Below are positions 1 to 6,158 of a DNA stretch of 42,877 nucleotides, one piece after another. The position numbers and the translations under genes are program-made. A model generated the notes under the pieces. It searched no databases. It was not told where the DNA came from and saw only the letters and a list, made by a program, of their open reading frames with translations. The DNA comes from an uncultured Lentisphaerota bacterium (GTDB taxonomy: Bacteria > Verrucomicrobiota > Kiritimatiellia > CAIQIC01): NCBI GenBank assembly GCA_903871765.1, contig CAIQIC010000167.1:1-42877 (forward strand). Reading direction: 5' to 3'. Numbering within the stretch: position 1 is the first letter of the stretch; every line of letters starts with the position of its first letter.

Positions 1-3000
1 AAAAAAATTGCTTCCATCACCGATCGGATAAAAACGATACCGGATTTTGATATAACGGGACCCTATCTTCTTCACAGGACTGTACGATTTGATGGCCAGC
101 GCGTGATACCAGATCAATTCGGCGGTGGCCTGGTCGCTGTCCGGATCGGGCAGGCCGAGCGACGCCAGATAGGCACGGGCAGCGGGGGAAAGGTTGGCAG
201 TGATTTTCTCTGTGCCGTGTTCCATGCCGGGGAGGGCGTGTTCGCCACGGCCGGACGGCTCTACCTTTAGACGAAGCGGAAATGCCGCGGCGTCAGGAGA
301 GAGTAGATGATCATCGCTCAGGCCATCCGTGAAATAGAATGGTACGCCCTCAGGATCTTTGGAGCGGTTGAACCGTGACAGGAGGAAACTATTGCCGGCC
401 CAGCACTGTGCCCAGAGCGACGGGCGTGGTTCGTTCCAGATCGGACGGACGGGAGTAAAATAGCACCACATTTTATCGTAAGGACGCAGAGCATAGCGCC
501 GTAATCGTCCAGAATCGAATCCCTCTTTCGCCATAATCTTCGCGCGAGCCATACTTGCGTTGTACCGCGCTGCGTCATGCGCGAGCGGATGCCCTTCGCT
601 CTTGAGTTCGTCGAATGATGCACTCGTATTGAAGTAGCGTTGCATCCGCACTTCTAGATTAAGGCGATCCTTGTCCATCAAAGCGCCGCCGCGTTTTTCC
701 ATCAGACCATTACTCGGGGCTTCCCCGCAAAGATCGGTCAGCCTCGGCCATCTGAGATATTCGTTCGCGACATCCGACGGTCGGAAACTCCAGCGGTTGT
801 CTTTCTGAGGATTGGAGGTTTCGTATTGCGCGTCGAAGTCCTTGGCGCCGAGACTGGCGAGGAGGTGCGCCCGGCGCTCCACGGCCTTGGCATCATTGAT
901 ATCATCGCGGAAACGGAGAATTGGAGGGACGCGCTCCGTCGCGTCCGTCTTCTTTTCGGCCACGATGGAGCGTGGCCCTCCATTTTTCACCCATAGCGAG
1001 ATGGCAACACCTTGCTGGATGCCAACTGAAAAGCCGGGGATCGCAAAAACGGTTTCGCTGGTGCGGCCGTCCGGCGCGTATTCAGAAATCTTCCGGTTGC
1101 CGTGCATGTTCTCGATCCAAAATCTGTCGAAGGAATCGAGCAGATGTCGCCGCAGGACCACGAAAGACGGATCGCTGACCCAGGAGTGGTTCGATATGAA
1201 CGACACCACGCCCCGCCCGCCGTGCTCGGCGATGCGCTTTTCGGCCAGGCGGAAGAAGCGGATGTAGAGGTCGTCGAGGTTGAATTTCTTGATGCCCCAT
1301 CCGTCCTTCTCAATCGGATCGGACAAGAGGTAATGCCGTTCTGGCGGCAACTCCAACGTCTGGCCTTTTCCTTTGCGCTTACGTTCACGTTTTACATAAT
1401 AAACTCCCTTGTAAACTTCCACTAACCCTTCTTCTTCCTCGGGACTGACGCCGGCAAAGGCGTTGTAAGGCGGATTGCCGAGGATGACGAGGATGGGCTT
1501 TTCCTGCTTCACCTTGCCGGCGGCGTCGCGTTCGTCGTCGAAACCGGGGAAGGCAATCTGTTTGGGCTTTTCCTTGGGCGGTTCCCAGCCGGTGAGGGCA
1601 TTGGTCAAATAGACCCCGGCGCGCTCGGGCGGATCGCTAAGGTCGCTGAGGGGCGCGCCAAGCGTTTCGAGTTCGAGGCCCAGTTGCAGATGGGCGATGA
1701 CGAAGGGCGCGGGCAGAATCTCGAAGCCGAAGACGCGCTCCATGGCGGCTTTCTTGAGATCGTTCGCGACCAGGGCGTCGCCGCCCTTGTCGTGCAGCGT
1801 GGCGGCGATGCGGCGGAGGACGGCGCGCAAATAGGCGCCGGTGCCGCAACAGGGATCGAGCACGATCACCTTCGGGTCCGCCAGTCCATCGGCCAGTCCG
1901 AGTTCGGAGCGGAGGACGGCGTCCACGCGTTCGACCTGATAGCGGACGATTTCCTCGGGGGTGTACCAGACGCCCAGCTCCTTGCGCAGCTCGGAATCGA
2001 ACGCGTGCAGGAAGGGTTCGTAGAAATACTGGACGGCATGCCCCTCGTCGAAGGATTTGAAGAATTCCGCCCGGTCCACGCGATTCAAGGCGGCGGCCGT
2101 CCAGTCGAGGACTTCGATCAGCCCCAGCGCACCGAGTCGGGCCGGGTCGGCCACTTGCACGAAAAGGGCGCGCAGCATGGGCACGCGCAGGAGGTAGTGG
2201 GCGGAACGCCAGTCGAAGCCGCCGGCGACGGTATAGGCGCCGCCCGACTCGCGGAGGGCGTCGGCAAAGCCGGTTTTGGCACTGGGCTTGGCCGCGCGCC
2301 GGCGCGCCCACAAGACCCAAGCCGAGAAGACACCATAGAAGAGAGTTTGCACAAGCGTCGAACGGAAGAAATGCTCGCCCTTCTCGCCATCGAAATGCAG
2401 GCCAAGGGAATCTTCGAGGGCCTGCCGCAGACTGGCCAGGGCCGGCAGGTCGGCCTTTTCGATGCGCAGGCGCGCGTCATGGGCGTAGGAGGCCAGAATG
2501 CCGGCCACGTCTTGCGGAGCGGCCAGCGGCGCGTTATGCAACAGCACCCGCTTGAGATACTCCAGCATGCGTTCGCCATGTTCCGCCGCCGCCAGGCGCG
2601 GATGGGCGGTCAACCGCCAGAAGTCGCTCTCCGTCTCGGCCAAGACAAACGATTCCAGCACGCAGGGCTGTCCGGTCGGGCCTTTACCGATGAGGGCAAA
2701 GGCGCGGAAATTGGTCACCAGCACCATGCCGTACCGTTTCCAGTAGCGTTCCACCTGCTCGGTCCCGACCACCTGCTGGACATCTTCCGCCGGAGATTTG
2801 GCCTCGATCACGCCCCGCGCCGGGTTCTGAACCAGAAATGGATTATCCTTGGCTTCACCGTCGCCCGTCTTGCGGCGAAACTGATCAGCGGAGAACAGGC
2901 CGCCATCCGGCAGCCCCGCGCCCCGATTGGCCAGATTGATCACGCAGCGGACCTTGGGCGAAAGGTTCTTCCCGATGCCCGAGAGCAACCCTTCCAGCGC

Positions 3001-3090
3001 GGGGTAAAACGACGTCTCCGGCACATTCGACCGTGTGCCGCGCACCTCGCCCATGTCCGTCAAATACCGTTCAATCAGGTTTTCTGGCAT
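1..3090 (-). CDS. DNA N6-adenine methyltransferase, Type IIG/IIL-like single-chain build with a Type ISP-type C-terminal specificity domain. The 3' end runs off the window.
   Basis: This edge-truncated ORF is absent from the track. Hand translation from the ATG at 3090-3088 gives MPENLIERYLTDMGEVRGTRSNVPETSFYPALEGLL... and stays open to position 1. SAM motif I, LDPCCGTGAY, lies at 1831-1860 and catalytic motif IV, NPPY, at 1465-1476. RYALRPYDKMWCYF at about 454-498 resembles the YRPFD signature of the Type ISP C-terminal domain. The N-terminus carries LPDGG...GVIEAK, a PD-ExK-like motif. Confidence 0.85.
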   Translation of the reverse strand, partial: MPENLIERYLTDMGEVRGTRSNVPETSFYPALEGLLSGIGKNLSPKVRCVINLANRGAGLPDGGLFSADQFRRKTGDGEAKDNPFLVQNPARGVIEAKSPAEDVQQVVGTEQVERYWKRYGMVLVTNFRAFALIGKGPTGQPCVLESFVLAETESDFWRLTAHPRLAAAEHGERMLEYLKRVLLHNAPLAAPQDVAGILASYAHDARLRIEKADLPALASLRQALEDSLGLHFDGEKGEHFFRSTLVQTLFYGVFSAWVLWARRRAAKPSAKTGFADALRESGGAYTVAGGFDWRSAHYLLRVPMLRALFVQVADPARLGALGLIEVLDWTAAALNRVDRAEFFKSFDEGHAVQYFYEPFLHAFDSELRKELGVWYTPEEIVRYQVERVDAVLRSELGLADGLADPKVIVLDPCCGTGAYLRAVLRRIAATLHDKGGDALVANDLKKAAMERVFGFEILPAPFVIAHLQLGLELETLGAPLSDLSDPPERAGVYLTNALTGWEPPKEKPKQIAFPGFDDERDAAGKVKQEKPILVILGNPPYNAFAGVSPEEEEGLVEVYKGVYYVKRERKRKGKGQTLELPPERHYLLSDPIEKDGWGIKKFNLDDLYIRFFRLAEKRIAEHGGRGVVSFISNHSWVSDPSFVVLRRHLLDSFDRFWIENMHGNRKISEYAPDGRTSETVFAIPGFSVGIQQGVAISLWVKNGGPRSIVAEKKTDATERVPPILRFRDDINDAKAVERRAHLLASLGAKDFDAQYETSNPQKDNRWSFRPSDVANEYLRWPRLTDLCGEAPSNGLMEKRGGALMDKDRLNLEVRMQRYFNTSASFDELKSEGHPLAHDAARYNASMARAKIMAKEGFDSGRLRRYALRPYDKMWCYFTPVRPIWNEPRPSLWAQCWAGNSFLLSRFNRSKDPEGVPFYFTDGLSDDHLLSPDAAAFPLRLKVEPSGRGEHALPGMEHGTEKITANLSPAARAYLASLGLPDPDSDQATAELIWYHALAIKSYSPVKKIGSRYIKIRYRFYPIGDGSNFF

Positions 3091-3274
3091 TATTCTTTAT
3101 TCCATCTGGCTTAAACTCGCCGCTGCTGGCATACGACCGGCATGAGTCTTTAGGTGAACCCGCCGCTGGTGCACCGAATAGGCTCGGTGCCATTGTTTGA
3201 TCATCTGTCCTCAAATGGCCTCGCGTTGTTCCAACAAAATTGAAAGGCTTCAAGAAGGCTCGATCCCGATCCGC

Positions 3275-3304
3275 GCAGCCCTGGGGTCCGCAGCCCCGGG
3301 GTCA
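3275..3304. repeat. Tandem 15-mer, two copies, in the AT-rich gap.
   Basis: GCAGCCCTGGGGTCC is followed directly by GCAGCCCCGGGGTCA. A GGGG(TCCGCAG)CCCC hairpin spans the junction. Confidence 0.6.
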
Positions 3305-3420
3305 GTCCTAAAAATAACAAATAACATCTTATTTCAAACCATCTGTATCCTCAATCTCCCGTCATCACGTCCTCTGTTTGTCCCGGCCAACCAGCAAGCC
3401 GATGGTCAGGAAAATGGCGC

Positions 3421-3936
3421 CTAGGAAGAAGCCCAGCACGCCCAGGATGATGGCGAAAACACCGCCGCCTCGATTTGGCGCCCTTGTGTCGAAAACTGGT
3501 ACGCGGACTTGCCGCCCATGAAAAACCCAGCCAGGGGCAGGGCGAAGGAAAGACACGCGTTGGAGATCAACAGCCACCGCCACCCCTTAGCGGCCCGGTT
3601 GGCCTTGACGGCCACGACCACGGCCCCGGCCCAGCATAAGAAGAAAACCAGGACGGATACCGTCTTGACCGCCATGCTCTGCTCCTTGGCGTTCATATCG
3701 CTGATGAGCGCCACGAAGATGTTCATCACGATGATGGCCAGGATCAATCCGCCCACCAAGCCCGCCACAATCCGGCCGGTCAGCGGCTGTTTTTGCGGCG
3801 CGATTTGGATGGGCAGCGCCGTGGGGATCTGCATCTCCTTCCGGCAGGTGGGACACGCCAGCCGGGTTCCGCCCATCTCCGCCGGTGCGTTGAGATGCTG
3901 TTGGCAATTCGGGCATGCGAATTTGATTTCAGCCAT
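3421..3936 (-). CDS. Zinc-ribbon membrane protein. The true 3' end may lie at 3365 after a frameshift.
   Basis: 171-aa ORF. The N-terminus, CPNC...CPTC (MAEIKFACPNCQQHLNAPAEMGGTRLACPTCRKEM), is followed by 3-4 hydrophobic helices. A further well-formed TM helix is encoded in another frame at 3365-3470. Confidence 0.7.
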   Translation of the reverse strand: MAEIKFACPNCQQHLNAPAEMGGTRLACPTCRKEMQIPTALPIQIAPQKQPLTGRIVAGLVGGLILAIIVMNIFVALISDMNAKEQSMAVKTVSVLVFFLCWAGAVVVAVKANRAAKGWRWLLISNACLSFALPLAGFFMGGKSAYQFSTQGRQIEAAVFSPSSWACWASS

Positions 3937-4062
3937 CCCCGTTATCCCCTGTTTTACCCGCCCCGCCCCTCCTTACAGGAGGCAGATTATCGCGCCCTGG
4001 CAGGCCCGTCAACGGCAATCATGGGCCCTCTTCTCTGTCGGCGCGTGCGGAGGCAAAAGGGC

Positions 4063-4100
4063 AACTTGCTTCGCGTCCAGGAGACGCTGTACGGCGTTTC
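4063..4100 (-). repeat. Intergenic repeat element, copy A, downstream of the HEAT-nuclease gene.
   Basis: Plus strand: AACTTGCTTCGCGTCCAGGAGACGCTGTACGGCGTTTC. It contains a GCGTC/GACGC hairpin and the near-palindrome ACGCTGTACGGCGT. Confidence 0.7.
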
Positions 4101-4110
4101 CTGACGGCAT

Positions 4111-5019
4111 TCATGCCGGGTTCTTCTCCTGGTCCGGCGGAGATGGCAGCCGGGCGTGGCTAGCCAGTTTCTCCCGAAGCGACTCGCGCAGTCGCGGCTT
4201 ATCGTGCGCATAGAGCGACACCAGTTTCTTGCCCGCCTGCTGATACAGTTTCTTCTTTTCCAGCATGCCGACCTGGTAGTCGAGGTTGTCCGCCATGCCC
4301 CAGTATTCGATGTAGAGGTCGAATTCGGGGAGGTAGAAATCGGGGCGGATGGCGTACCCCTTGATGATGCGGAACCGGTTGTCGTAGCGAAATGCGATGC
4401 CCAAAGCCGCGAGTTCCTCGGCAATGATCCGCTCGCCCTCGGATTGCACCAACGTGCCATTGGCGGCCTGGATGTTCTTGTTCAGTTCCACTTGTGTTTC
4501 CCAGTTGCGGCGCTGGAGAAAGACCTCGTCGAAGCACGCGTCGCAATAGGTGCGCTGAAAGGCTTTCTGCGAACGGGCGAATTCGTCCGCCGCCACGGTC
4601 CGGGAGCACCGTCCGCACCGGTGCACCGCCGTCCGCTCGGCGATGCGTACGGCTTCGCGAATGGTCTGGCCCGCGGCAGCGACGGAACGCTTCACGTAAT
4701 CCTTCTCCGCCGGGTTCCGGAAGAGATCGCGCAGGTCCGGCAAGGCGGCTGCCGCTGCCACGCCGAACGCCCCAAGCGCCTTGGCCGTGTACTGCCGCAC
4801 CTGCGGGTGCGCATCGGCCAGCAGCGGGCGCAGCAAGTCAACGGACGCCGCGGAGTCCACGATCCCCGCGAGCTTCCCAAGGGCCGAGGCGGCCAGGCGG
4901 CGCACCAAGGGCGAGTCCGAGAGCGCCAAGTCGGCCAGTTCCGGGAAGACCGCGGCGGAGGCGCTTTCGCCCAGCGCGGTCGCGCGGGCGGCGAGGCGTT
5001 TTTCGTTGGCCACATTCAT
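4111..5019 (-). CDS. Fusion protein of HEAT (PBS-lyase type) repeats, a C4 zinc ribbon and a PD-(D/E)xK-like nuclease-fold domain.
   Basis: 302-aa ORF. HEAT-like repeats SPLVRRLAASALGKL and HPQVRQYTAKALGAFG occupy aa 30-100. The zinc ribbon is CGRC (135-138) plus CDAC (159-162). The C-terminus reads VQSEGERIIAEELAALGIAFRYDN...IRPDFYLPEFDLYIEYWG, an E...PDF...IEYWG pattern like the nuclease-fold module found at the N-terminus of some UvrD/helicase IV-like proteins. Confidence 0.8.
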   Translation of the reverse strand: MNVANEKRLAARATALGESASAAVFPELADLALSDSPLVRRLAASALGKLAGIVDSAASVDLLRPLLADAHPQVRQYTAKALGAFGVAAAAALPDLRDLFRNPAEKDYVKRSVAAAGQTIREAVRIAERTAVHRCGRCSRTVAADEFARSQKAFQRTYCDACFDEVFLQRRNWETQVELNKNIQAANGTLVQSEGERIIAEELAALGIAFRYDNRFRIIKGYAIRPDFYLPEFDLYIEYWGMADNLDYQVGMLEKKKLYQQAGKKLVSLYAHDKPRLRESLREKLASHARLPSPPDQEKNPA

Positions 5020-5033
5020 CGGACGATCTTCAT

Positions 5034-5076
5034 AACTTGTTTCGCGTCCCGCAGGGGTGACGCTCTACGGCGTTTC
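5034..5076 (-). repeat. Intergenic repeat element, copy B, between the rhomboid and HEAT-nuclease genes.
   Basis: Plus strand: AACTTGTTTCGCGTCCCGCAGGGGTGACGCTCTACGGCGTTTC. It has the same blocks as copy A, with a 5-nt longer hairpin loop. Confidence 0.7.
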
Positions 5077-5111
5077 TCCCAAGAAAGGTCCTGCGTGCAT
5101 TGTATCGCTGA

Positions 5112-6029
5112 TCACCTGCCCAGCGCCAGCCCGGCGAAGGCGGCGAGGGTGAGCAGGGTCAGGATCCAGGCCAGCGCGGTCCAGACGCGGTCGCCGCCGT
5201 CGCGCGGCCGCGCCAGCAGCCAGCCCAGGGCCGCGCCGGTGACGAAACCGCCGCCGTGCGCATAGTTGTCCGCGCCGACCATATAGCCGAAGATAAAGCT
5301 GTAAACCGCCCACTTGATGAAGAAATTCCGCTGCATCAACCCCAACGCGCCGCCGCTAAAGTGCGCATAGGCCATGCCCAGCCCGATCAGGCCGAACAAC
5401 GCGCCGGAGGCGCCGGCGATGGTAACGAAATCCGCCGACCGACACAGCACGTCCGCCGCCCCGCCGCCGAGCAGGGCCAGCGTGTAGACGGCAAAGAACC
5501 GCGCCCCGCCCACCTGCCGCTCCAATTCCGGACCGATCTGCGACAGCGCGAACATATTAAAGGCCAGATGGAGCAACCCGATGTGCAAGTAGCCGTAGGT
5601 GATGAGCTGCCAGTATTCCCCACCCCAGAAGTGCGGCGGCACCAGGGCGCCCAGGGCCTGGAGGGCCGCCGACGTTGGCGCCTGCAGACCGCGCGGTCCG
5701 GCGACCAGCAGCATGATCGCAAAATCAACCACGTTGGCCGCCAGCAACAGTGCCGTCACCGGCCCCCGCGCCGGGAGCGCCAAGCCGACGGCGCGCAACG
5801 CGGCCTGCACCGTCCACGGCGTCACCGCCCGCCCGCACCGCAGGCAGGTCCGGTCCTGGCGGTCCACCAGCGCACCGCAGGCGCAGATCTTGTGCCGATA
5901 CAGCACGTGTCGCCGCCCATCGCGCCAGCGCGCCTGGACTTCATCCCAGCGCCGCTGCCAGCGCCACGCGCGCCATTGCCAGGCCGCGCCGCGCAGTCCC
6001 AGCCGATAAAAAAGATCCTTCCAATCCAT
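5112..6029 (-). CDS. Rhomboid-family intramembrane serine protease with an N-terminal zinc ribbon.
   Basis: 305-aa ORF. It has HKICACG...CLRCG, YLHIGLLHLAFNMFAL, the active-site-like IAGASGALFGLIG, a downstream YAHGGGFVTG histidine, and multiple TM helices. Confidence 0.85.
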   Translation of the reverse strand: MDWKDLFYRLGLRGAAWQWRAWRWQRRWDEVQARWRDGRRHVLYRHKICACGALVDRQDRTCLRCGRAVTPWTVQAALRAVGLALPARGPVTALLLAANVVDFAIMLLVAGPRGLQAPTSAALQALGALVPPHFWGGEYWQLITYGYLHIGLLHLAFNMFALSQIGPELERQVGGARFFAVYTLALLGGGAADVLCRSADFVTIAGASGALFGLIGLGMAYAHFSGGALGLMQRNFFIKWAVYSFIFGYMVGADNYAHGGGFVTGAALGWLLARPRDGGDRVWTALAWILTLLTLAAFAGLALGR

Positions 6030-6045
6030 CGCGTTCCCCCTGGAG

Positions 6046-6156
6046 GGCGACGGGCCCCGTCGCCGTCACGCATGCCCCATTGATTAGAGCGGCGGCAGAG
6101 GCCTGCCGCCCTCCAACACACAACCCACGGCCTGCCGCCCTCCAGCCACTGCCGCC
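6046..6156. repeat. Cluster of GC-rich hairpins and short direct repeats between the GT-C and rhomboid genes.
   Basis: There is one hairpin GGCGACGG-GCC-CCGTCGCC (6046-6064) and a second, GGCGGCAG-AGGC-CTGCCGCC (6092-6111). A 16-nt direct repeat, GGCCTGCCGCCCTCCA, occurs at 6100-6115 and 6129-6144. A third CTGCCGCC lies near 6149-6156. Confidence 0.6.
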
Positions 6157-6158
6157 GG

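Noticed and set aside
1684-3114. 476-aa plus-strand ORF, the longest track ORF in the first 3 kb.
   Set aside because: It lies antisense to the methyltransferase frame, which carries clear motif I, NPPY and specificity-domain signatures. Its own translation is a G/A/R/Q/H-rich shadow with no recognisable motif. Long open antisense frames are expected at this GC content.
3071-3424. 60-aa (minus) and 75-aa (plus) ORFs in the AT-rich gap.
   Set aside because: One overlaps the methyltransferase start and the other runs into the neighbouring gene end. Both have implausible composition. The region is treated as noncoding.
6100-6144. 16-nt direct repeat with 29-nt period, considered as a possible mini-CRISPR.
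   Set aside because: There are only two full copies. The repeat is short, the spacer is 13 nt, and no cas genes are present. It fits GC-rich intergenic repeats and hairpins better.
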